NCBI GenBank assembly: GCA_002633005.1
Contig: NMRA01000050.1
Coordinates: 40,317-104,316, forward strand
DNA length: 64,000 nt
From: Phoronis australis
Lineage: Eukaryota > Animalia > Phoronida
Reading direction: 5' to 3'
Both the position numbers and the translations under genes were made by a program. The notes below the pieces were generated by a model that made no database searches, was not told the DNA's origin, and worked only from the letters and a program-made list of their open reading frames with translations. This document shows, in pieces, positions 22,851 to 34,800 of this stretch. Numbering within the stretch: position 1 is the first letter of the stretch; the number at the start of each line of letters is the position of its first letter.

Positions 22851-25800
22851 CTAAAATGGAAAAGAGAGAAAATAAGCTTGGACAAGATTCATACAATTTG
22901 ATTTCAACTGAGAATGTAAGGGACTGTACGGTTTATGCAGGTAACCCCGTAGAATTTGCATGGTACAATTTAAAGTGCAGTTACCTGACAATTACGTCCG
23001 GTGAATCCCGGGTAGCACTTGCATCTGTACTCGGTGTAAGTCTTTCCCGCAGAGCACTTTCCTCGTCCTTTGCACGGGTTACGTATGCAAGTTGAAATTT
23101 CTCGACAATTTGGTCCCACACGTCCTTAAAAATCGTTTTACAAATGTATACAATAGTGTTTTGAAAATAAGAGACATTTCTACATGTACTACGGTTTTCT
23201 GTCAAAACCAATGCTGGAATAGAATGGGTTAATATACCAACTGAGGAAAATGTTCTTGGCATTGTGATAAAACACAAAGGTACGACATAATTTCTGTAGA
23301 CATCAAATAGGTAGATACATGTAGGACAACGTGAATAACATTTTTTAACAGTTGCACGTTGATGTGTTTGTCTAAGAATTTTAATTTAAGTTTAGCAAGT
23401 GGCAATTTTTCGCCAAAGTGATTCCCGGCAACTGCTAAAGACTCCGGGCAATCAAAATAAGCACAGGTGCGCATTATTGCAGTTCAGGTGAGAAGCGCAA
23501 TTTTGTTCGTTGTTTTACTGAGAAATGAGCATGCATGGATGTTCGCATACCGTGAATCATAATTAACCGCCAACAAGCTAGGTATCGGATTGTCGCCATG
23601 AGCGGACATAGGATTTTTAGTTGAGGGGAGGGCAGGGCAGAGTATTAGCCAGGACTTTTCCCGTGAGAAAGTTGGACTCCGGAACTGACAAATGGAATCT
23701 AGGGAAATTTTAGGGGGTCCATGGCCCTCTTCCCCCCCCACCTAAAATCATCCACTGGTCGCCAAGTGAACATAGATAAAGTGCGCAGCAGTAGCCGCGG
23801 CAGTTGCTAGACAGTTTTAACTTAAAAGTGTCCAGGTTTGAAGCAATGAAGAAAATGGGACCAGGAATCTAAATGATTATCTCATTTATTACAAGTAAGG
23901 GCTATTTAGCTGAAAGTGGACGCACATTCTGGAGGACGCGAGATATTTAGTACTCGCTGCAGGAAGCGCGACATATTTAGAATTTCAAGGGTTTGTAAAT
24001 TGATAACAGAAAAGAGGAGTACGTTATACCATATTACGGCTTAAAATTTGACATACATTTTCAAGTGTTTGAAGTAAAATAAATCATTGAGACAAGTATT
24101 TTAACGCTTCTTACCGGATAAGCATATTTTCTCCCCTGTCTTTTTATTGCATGAAAAAGATCCTGAAGGACCGTTTTGCGGCTTACAGTAAACAGAGCAG
24201 TCTTCTCCATAGTAGTCCAAGTCGCACGACACCGTCATATCCACCTCTAAGCTGAAAGTCGTACATGAATACAGGCATCGCAGCGGATTGAACAGGGCAG
24301 CAAGACATATACTAGTTTGTAAAATAAGCTTGACAAAAATCTGACATATCTATGTCAAACTCCGCCAAACTTCGACGAAATTCTCGGCAGAATCATTTGG
24401 CAGTTTTTCGGAGTTTGGTCTCAATAAGATAGCGTTTTGTCGAAATTAAAGCCGGTTTTAAATGTGACGTTACATGTATTTCGCCTAGCATCTAGATGTT
24501 CATTTGTGAAGGCCTTGTGAAGTGAGTTGTGTGTATATCATATATACTGTCAGACGATTGAATGGGGGTTTGTTTAAAAGGTAGCTATCCTTTGAGATTG
24601 TATATGATACCCCTAATTAGACGAGTAAAACCTGTTGCTAATTGCGTAATCAACTACAAAAAAGAGTAACTACGCTAGCGCCCTCTTTAAAGGTTACCCA
24701 AATTTGTAAACACCATTTAAAAATAGATTTTGACGTTTAAGTACATGCCAACAAGTTTGAATCCGTGATTTAAAAGTACATATGCACAAATTTTGGGCAA
24801 TTTAAAATGGATCTATTCTTACTAATTACTTAATCAATATTTATTCTGACAAATAAGCCCCTCCTCAAGAAAATACTTCTTGAGATTTTCTCGACATGGA
24901 AGACTTAAATATTGATTACCACTTAGATTTATTACCCAATTTCCATGAATCTTCAATGCTCTAACCTACTCAGGTAATCAGTACCAACCAACATTTTCTG
25001 AGCCTTTGATAGCTTCAACCTTAAATCGAAAGTTTTGCAAAAACAAGGCCCACCTCATGATGCGTCCAATGACTAACTGACTTCTTTGAATGTAAGCCAG
25101 GGGTTGATGGTCAGTGTGAATAATAAATTGTTTACTATACGAGTACTTTGCAAATTTTCTGATGACAAATACAATAGCAAAACATTCCCTCTCTATGACT
25201 GAGTAATTCCGTTCAGAGGGAACAATTTCTTACTAGCACATGCTACTGGGAACCTGCAATCATCATACTCTTGCAACAAAATACAGCCTATACCAGTATC
25301 TGACGCATCGGTCTGAACCATAAAGGGTTTACTGAAATCGGGTAATCACAGTATTGGTGCTCTCGTTAGCAGGTCTCGAAGAGTGTCGAACGCGTGCTGC
25401 TGAGCATCGTCCCATTTTACGGTGTTTGGCTGTTTCTTCTTTATGAGCTCAGTAAGTGGGACGGCGATTTCAGCGAAGTTTGGGATGAACTTCCTGTAGT
25501 ATCCAGCCAACCCAAGAAAAGAACGAACTTGTTTTTTTCGTTCTGAGTCGTGGTGCTTCTCGGATCTGTCCCAACTTTTCTTCATCCATTGCCAGATGCC
25601 CTTCACCGACCACATGTCCAACGAAATCGACGGAACGAGATCCAATCTAACCTTTGGTGGGTCGAATCGTTAGTCCAGCCTCTCGCACACGTTGGAAGGT
25701 GTCTCGCAAGGTGGCAAGGTGTTCAGCCTTGGTCTTATTTTGGCACAGAATGTCATCCACATAATGTTCTGTATTATGTGCTTCTACCAACATCTTGGTC

Positions 25801-28800
25801 ATCATACGGTTGAAGGTCGCTGTTGAATTTACCAGACCAAATGGCATCTTTACGAACTTGTAGCAACCACTTGGTACTACTAACGAGGTCTTGGGTCGTG
25901 ATTCTTCGACGGCAATGACTTGCCAGTATCCTTTACTTAGATCAATCTTCGTAAAATACTGGTCTTTACTGATCTCAGTCATGATGTCATCGGGATTGCA
26001 CATCGGCTCCGAGGCAAACTTGGTGATGGCGTTCAAACGACGAAAATCGATGCAGATTCGATTTGAACCGTCCTTCTTCTTCACTATGACCACCGCAGAG
26101 TTTTAGGGAGCATCGAATGGTTCTATGACTCCACACTTTGACATGTTGTCGACTTCTTCCTGCAGAACCGTCCGTGTGGTGTATGGCATGGGATATGGCT
26201 TGACTCTCACTCTTCACTAATGCTCTCAATCTTGTGCTCAACAAGATGGGTCCAAGGAGTGTAGTAGTATAGGAGAGTTCACTTGTGAGTTCGCTGTTAC
26301 CGCTGCTACTAGCGCCGGCAAGTGGTGAACAAGCAACTGTCAACCAGGAAGTGCCAAAACAATGGGGAAGGACGCATTTTGCAGTGCGATAAATTTCATG
26401 AATTCATCCACGAAAACCCCAGACGTGTCATTTTTTAGGTTTCCTAAGGATACAGAAAGGTAAGGATTATCTGTTATTCAATAAAATGATACATTGGCTT
26501 TCATTTTTTGTGCTCTGTTCACGGTTGTTAAGACAAGTCCTATTCACAGTCCCGTTGCCACCGTTCTGTTGTCTGCAGTGTAGGCTAGGCCTACTGTACA
26601 ACCGGGCTGCCTGCGGAAGGACTATGATGAACGTACGATGTGATCGTCAGCTTTTTGTTTTCTTGTAGTCCATCAATTCCAAATCAAAATGTCACCCGGA
26701 CGATCGCAGGGACAATTTTAGGAAAACATACCCATGCCCATGATGGCCATGAGTAATTTGACTGGTGACACAGCCATGGCACTATGACAGCCACAGGGCC
26801 ACTAAGTCTGTCATGAGTCAAGTTAGCGAATCTGTGGGTCTCGGTGAAAAGGTGAAAAATCCGAGCATAATTTTAATGTGCCAGTTGGAGCAATTAAGTT
26901 AAGCAGTGCGTCATTGAAAACTTAATTCTACATGTATGTGTCAATGATGCGGGGGCGCGGCCCTGTTAAAATATCCGTGGATCAACATTTGAGTCCGAGT
27001 TTTTTCCAGTTGACACCAACACTCTTTTGTCTCTATCACAATCACAGTACGACAGGAATTCTGTAGTGTAGTGTACTTTAGTGTAGGCTGCCAGTCTTCT
27101 GTGAACCTAGTGAGTATGAGGTTTGTTCCTGAGTCTCTCAGTCATTGATTTCTGTTCTGGTGCAAGCGCTGGGAGCTGACCTTATGAATAGAGATGCAAC
27201 ATATTTGTCCAAGAACCGCAAGTTATGCTCTCATCACTTCGAGGAGTCCATGTTCATGAATGAAGAACAAGCTGGTATTGACTGCAGTGCCCGAACAATA
27301 TTTGATGTCCCGAATCCACCAAAAATGAAGATGTTAGGGTCAAAAAGCTCTCCGGAAATTATATTATAGCTCTGGAACAGGCTTTTTTGCATTGTCGATT
27401 ATCGTCTCACAAAGCAAGTACTGGAACATCACGTGCAGAAAGGACAATTATAGTCAAAATCTGGTTTTCGTATTTTACTAAGGTTGATCAGATTGAAACA
27501 TTTTATGAATGGTTAGCCTGTGATTTGAAGAGAGCCAAAGTGAAACTGATGGGTCTTTTAGAGTCTGAATGGTGGGCTGACATTTTGCTAAACCCAAGCT
27601 ATCCGTATCATTTTGCTTCTCAATAACAAACACCTCTGTGACTAAATTAGTTATCAGCTTCAACTTTCTTCCTTGGCAAAAATAGCTTTTGTTTACTAGT
27701 AAATTAATAGAGAGTGAGAAGGTTGGTTAGGTTTTTTAGTTGTATTGATGCATGTGTTGCCTATTTTGTACGTTTTTGGAGATTGTGATTAATTTAAGCC
27801 CCAGTTGTGGCTAAGTAACAAATATGATCTTGTGGTCTAGCTTTAGCTTACCTGAAATATTTACTGTTATTGATAATATGAACAGTGGGTATAGAAAATA
27901 AAAATTTTAGTTTTATCATCCAAGTCTTTTTAATTCACTTTTGTAGGAAGTTGTGGGGCCAGTGAATATTTTGATTGCTGTTCAGTACCTCTTAACTTTT
28001 TTGTCATGACATGTTGAACTTGGGCAAGTTGTGCGTGATGATATACTCAATGTGGGGTGGTGCTCGAATTCCTGACGATGTAGACCTTTTGCTAACAAAT
28101 GAGTGCCCGAGGCGGATTAAAAAAAAAAAAAAAAAAAAAACGAGACTACCACTGTGAATTGCGCGTTTGCGTTTCTTTATTGGACTTTTGTCCCATTTTC
28201 TCGGAATTTTTGTCTCTCGGGGACGGACCTTTTTGACCACTTCGCCAAATGGGGGGCTCTTTTGAGCCCCTCGAGCCCCCTGGGTGCGCGCGTGGGAGAG
28301 TGAGATCGAGTTTACCCTATGCTGCCATGTCAAAGAAATAATGGAATGTTCTAAAATTATATTACGATTTTGTGGTAGTGATGAATTGCTTTCTTCTTCT
28401 TACATGTGTAACTCCCACTACACCAAGCAATTGTTCGCATTGCTAGTATCCTGGTGCATTGAATAGAGAACACCGGCATGCAAAATTCAGTGTTGGGTGG
28501 AGGTGAAACCAGCAGTGAGCTGGGAGCAACATGTTTGTCAATGGTCAGGGGAGCAACCAAAATTTGTGACGATGGGAGGGGCTCAACACCCATGTGACAT
28601 ACCCCATTGTTTTACCTATTTAGCACTCCTCCCATGTAACCACCCTGGGAGGGGGTCAACACCCATTTGGCGCCCACCTGGTTTATGCCTGGTACCCCCT
28701 TAGCTGTCACCTGGGGGAATTGCCTTCTGAACCCCCAGGAGCAATCATTCAAATGTTGTAGTCCGTGGAGGTATGAACTGTTATAAGGAAAGATAATTTG

Positions 28801-31800
28801 CCTTGTTAAGAACTCAAACATGAAACAAAACCGTGATAGATTTTGAAGGGAGCTTCAAGGAAATAAAAAACAAATAAACTTTAATATTGATTAAAATACA
28901 CATGTTCTTTCTCATTCGATTATAAGTGGATGTTAGTTTACGTATTCTCACCATTTTCAATAACACAGTAATTTTATTGCACGTTGAACGTCATTAAAGT
29001 ATGAATTCGTCAGTGTTTACATTGTTCGGACTGCGCTCCTAAGTAAGTGTTGATTGTTCACCGCCTGGAGCGCTAGTGTTTCGACCGGTAACCATTGCGG
29101 CGAATGGTAGAATGGCGGAGAGAACTCTCCTATACTCGTACACTCCTTGATGGGTCGTACCCGGTACCTCACTAAAGATGTCACAGTAATCTGCTAGCAG
29201 ACTTATCACCTCCCCATGATTTAAAAGTACATATGCACAAATTGTGGGCCACTTAAAATGTATCTATTCATACTAATTACTTAATCAATAGCTATTCTGA
29301 CATATATATACATGTATACATGTACGTACGCACATACATACATACAAACATACACACATACATTTATATATATATATATACACGTGTGATCACAAGCACT
29401 CGTCAGAGGGTGGCTGGTGTGATTGCATTCGCTTACCTTGTTTCAATGTTTCCCGTTCCCTTGAAAAGTTTATTTTCCAATGAATCCAGTTTACCGGTGA
29501 AGTTATACACATAGCGATCAACAAGCTGCTTAAAAGGGGGAATGTCTGCGTCGATAACCTCAATCTTTACTTGTATGATTCCCTAAAACAAGAATTAGTC
29601 GGCAATACAGACTTCCCTAGCCGCTTCATGTTTTTCCACATGAAACATAGACTAAAATGTTCATAGACCCTCATGTTTGTATATTCTTGGTAGACTTAAT
29701 GTGAACGTGTCTGGTCAGAAACATCTGTTTATACGTCAGTGAGTGCACATGAGTTTTATAAAATAATATTGTAAAAACAGCACAATAATCGTCCAGTAAG
29801 TTAACGTCGCGTACTGATGAATTTTACGAAAGTTGCTAAATTTTGGTGTCTTTACTTTATTCCATAGTGAGGCTTTAACTATTGTTGGAGAAATACAGCT
29901 ACCCAGACAACACAACGTACTCACTGATGAACTGTAACTCATGAAACTATGATCTGATCTCACAAACACGCGTTTTTAGTTACAAAACATGGATTACTTG
30001 CCTAGGAGGCTAAACGAGCCCAAGCAGCTTTATCTACGTCACTTTTCATTCGTGTTGGGTATAAATTTTAATTTATTATACTTCTCGTCTATTAGCAGGT
30101 TTTGGGATATTCCTGGATTTTGAATATTCTTTGATTTGTTATTTCTGATGCCATTGCTGTAATTTCGGTAGAAAATGTCCGCCCTGACGAAACGTTGAAT
30201 TTTGTAGTACAAGGTACATGCAGTCATGGCCATGTAATCGTTTTTTCATTGGGCGTGACTCATCATGGGCGACGCACCATAGGGGGCTGGGGGTGGGGGG
30301 GTGGGCTAAAGCCCTCCTTTTATTCAGTGCTGCGCCGCCCATACATGATTTGGTAATTGGTGCTTTCGCTGCAGAAACATTCCATTTTCCCTCAATTTTC
30401 ACATAATGTCAGAGAATGAGAAAGAAGCAAGTATGGATGTATTATTAGCCCAATTAAGTTTTAACTACATTTCTTTTATCACTGTTAATGTACTGATTCA
30501 TGAAAAGTTTTGGTTTTTGTGGTTGTTGTATTTCACAGATTCCCGCTTATTTCAAGAAACTAATGTATTTTGCGCAAAATGTTATATTTTCTACAGTTAG
30601 TTATTGTTAACGGAAGGTAAATAGAACTCTGATTTTGTCAAATTGTGTATGAAAATCATTAAATTTGTTATTGTACTTCACTTTTTTAATTTAAGTTAAA
30701 AGTCGATTTTTCCGAAAACTTCAGTTTTTTTGGAAAACTTCAGTTTTCAAAATTTAAGTTCTTTGAAAACATAAGTTTTGAAAACTTAAATTTTGAAAAA
30801 CAATTTTGGAACTTAAGTTTTAGAAAAACTTAATTATTTTGTTACAATTTTAACAACAACTTAAGTTTCTAAAGCTTGTTTTTTGAAAAAGGTAAGCTTT
30901 TGGAAAACTTAAGTTATGGGACCTTAAGTTTGTTTCAAAAACTTATTCCAAAATACTTAAGTTTTAGTGAATAAGAATTTTTGTACTACTAACAGACATC
31001 AGACATCTAGTTTTACCTAGTTTTACTTTCATGTAATTAATGGACTTGTAGTGCATTAACGAAACTAGGGAGTCCAAGTGTGTTCCAATTAGAAAAGAGA
31101 CGCTACTTCAGTTTTTTATCCAGAAATACACGCTCAACACGTTGTCGAGCGGTTATAAAAGTGTACAGAATATAAGACATCCTTATTGCTTAGGTACACT
31201 TAATACGTTGTTGTTTTACTCATATTTTATCCGACGTATTGTAATAACCTGCGCAAGATAACAGAGGGCGTGATTGCCGTTACAATTTTAATGCACCATT
31301 TACCCGACGTGAGCTAACATACATGTAGTAAGTAAATTTGTTTGCACCAATGACGAGAGATCCGTCTGTAAAATAATCCTGCATACATATAAATATGTGT
31401 GTGCGTGCTTGCGTGAAGGCGGGGGTGGGGGCGTGTAAGTGTGAGTGTGCATGTGGGCATATGTTTCGAAGACATCTAATCGAATGCCGACGTTTTCCTA
31501 TTTCAAAATAATCTCCCGATGCCCAGACGACAAAAATTGTTCACTAACGTCAATGTTATCTCAAACCTTATTTAGTGGCCTCAATTCTAACTCATATATA
31601 AAAACTAGGCTTTGTCAACTAATAAAAAGTTTTCATTTTCTGGAGGACAAAGACTAGGCAATATGGCATTATTGTTCATAGGCTAACATTTTTTACGTCA
31701 AAACTTCATTTTTAAGAAAGGTGCGTTCATATCATTTGAATGAAACCTTTTTCAAATGAAAACTTCACCAGTTACCTTAACGTCTATTAGTAATTTTCGA

Positions 31801-34800
31801 TTAGTCTTTTAGTTTGGTTCTCTGATCAATCTAAATGTGAGGTATTGTTGTAAAAGTATTAGCAGTTGTATTCTCTATATTACGCAAAACCATGACTTTA
31901 TATCAAAAAGCCTATCATCGTTTTGGAGATTGGTGGGTAACTATTAAAATTGGAAAGTTTCAGCGAAATCCACCCAGCCGTTTTCGGGAACTCGTGTTCC
32001 AAAGTTCAAATACGTCGGCAGAAAGCTGATTATGTTGGGATACGTGAAAATCTTAAGGTTTTCGGTTAATGAAACATGTTCATTATTTCAACAGTCATGT
32101 GTAATGTCAACTGAATTTTCTGTGCGTAATTAACTTAATTATCACAAAAACATTTAATTTATGAAGTCGATTGTCATGGGCGGAGCCAACATAATAAGTG
32201 GGTTAAGCTCAGGTGCATTGTGGTCCACTTTAAAGTAGTTGAACAGTTCACTGTTATACACACCACGCGCCCTGAGACTGATATGAAACCAAGTAAGAAA
32301 TGCATAACAGAAATCGAATAGGTTGTTAAAGCACGTAGTGAGCATGTGTCAGAAACATCCAAATGTCAAATCACCGATCAAAATAAGGAATTTGGGTGAG
32401 AATCAGTGGCGGATTTAAGGAGGGAGGGGTGGGCAAGGGGGCCAGGCCCGCCCCTAAAATTCTTTCAGGTTCCATTTCGCAGCTCGGGGGTGCGAATATC
32501 TGACGAGCAAAATCCTGGCTAATACTCTGCCCAGGCCCTCTCTAACTCAAAATCCTGGATCCGCTTCTGAGAATTTACCACTTTTCACAGTTTGCTGTGT
32601 TCGTTAACGCAGAGTCACAGAGCCGTGAGACAACTTGTAGCATTCGCTTTCCACGGCCGTATGCATGCAGATACATAACTTTCTCATGATTTAAACTACG
32701 TCTTTGTTTCTTTCAATTGTATGTACATGTAAATGTCGTTGACTCAATATTTTGGCGACTCGGTGAATGAAAGGACTGAAGGTGCATACGGAGCTGCCCT
32801 GTGCTTGGCGGGAGTTACCCGTAACCTTTGACCTCGAAAAAGTGGTAAACAAATTTCCACGCGGTTGTGTGACTCCAAAGAGGTTCTGCTAAATCTTATT
32901 TTTTCGCTCATGGTAGATATTTCGTATCTGAAGTTCCGGGAGAATGAAGATACGGTATTTTGCTAGACATATGTGAAATGTTGTAAAAGTGGCCAATTTT
33001 TGTAAATAAAGTTTGAGATATCCATTTAAAAGAAGTTAAAAAAGAAGTTAATGTCACACTTGCTACATGTACATGCAAATTTCATACTTCATTGTTTAAC
33101 CGGTTTGTCACGTTTTTCCCCGTGTGTGGGTGGGCGCAGGTTGTTACAGACCGGTGCTAATAGCTTTCGGTGCGAAGATTGACTGAAGACTGGTTCGAGT
33201 TAATCCTTTATTAATCCCGACCGTACGTTCACAAGCCTACTCAAACGAAACGTCCGACGTAATGTCTGTTTATGCTCCAGCCAGTGCTGCGAAGCCTTGA
33301 CTTGTATTGAACTTCTGAGATACTTCCAGCAACTGTTACACTCGATTCAATAACCTGCTGTCTCTATAGCTGGCTCTCTATTGACTATCGCTGTAACTGC
33401 TGATTCTCTTCACTGCAACTCAACTGTAGTTCTCCTGATTAACTTTCTTGAACTTACGTGATCTGACTTGATCTCCCGACTTGATCTTATCTTGAACTCA
33501 ACTCACTTAATATGACTAACACAAACCCGTGCTTGTGTTTTTATAGCCTAATGCATTGTTCTGGAACTTTTCATCAATTCAAGCACATATCAGAACTTTC
33601 TGGAACCTACCCAACCATTCTACAAACATGTACTAGTCTCTAGAATATTCCAGACTGCATTAATCACTGTCATGCTAGAGTCTTCTAGAAAGTTCCACAC
33701 TATACTGTAGTAAACAAATTACATCATCACTGTTCTGACCTCAGTCTTCTAGAAAGTTCCACACTAGTTTGTAGTAAACAAATTATATCATCATTGCACT
33801 TAACTCAGGGGTCATGTCGATCAAACCGAATAATAAAACAAAACAAAACAATACAACTAAAAATACTTTCAGATCATATTCTGACATAACACCCCTGCCA
33901 AAGAGAAAATTACTCTATAATTTTCTAACACAAAATCATCTGGCATATATAATTTACTGCTGTATCCGCCTCTAAAGTGCTCCTTGACTTACAGGCTCTG
34001 TTAGTCGACTTAAATAGTCTGCACCAACGTTACATTTTCCAGGGATATCCTCCACATGGAATTGATAATTCTGCAGCGCTATAGCCCATCGCATAACCCT
34101 GGGACTTTCAATCTTACACCGCTGAATATATACCAGTGGTTTGTGGTCTGTTTGCATCACGAATTCTGTCCCATAGAGATAAAACTGGAAACGTTTAACA
34201 GCAAACACTATTGCTAAACACTCTTTCTCTTCTGTAAAGTAATGCCGCTCGCTTTCTTTAAGCTTCCGGCTGGCATACGCAATAGGGAATATCCCATCAT
34301 CTAACTCTTGCAGTAAGACTGCCCCTAAACCATCGTTTGACGCGTCTGTTCTGACGATGAATCTCTGAGTGAAGTCAGGCACCCGTAGGATCGGGCTGCT
34401 TCCGAGCACTTGCTTTAACTTTTTGAATGCCTGTTCATGAATATCGGTCCACACGACTTTCTTTGGTTGGCCCTTCTTCAGTAAATCTGTCAATGATGTG
34501 GCTATCTGTGCATAGCCAGGCACAAACTTTCGGTAGTACCCTGCAAGTCCTAGGAATGACCGTACCTCAGTTTTTGTAGATGGTGTTGGTGCATCCTGGA
34601 TCTTCATTAGCTTTTGGTCATCCATAGCTATCTGGTTCGTCCCAACCTGATGTCCAAGGAACTCCACCTCTGGATATCAGATACTGCACTTTGACGGTTT
34701 TACTGTCAAGCTTGCTTGCTTTACCCTCTGAAACAAGTCCCTCAGGGTATGGAGATGTTCCTCCCGGGTGACAGTGTGGAGTAGCACATCGTCGACATAC

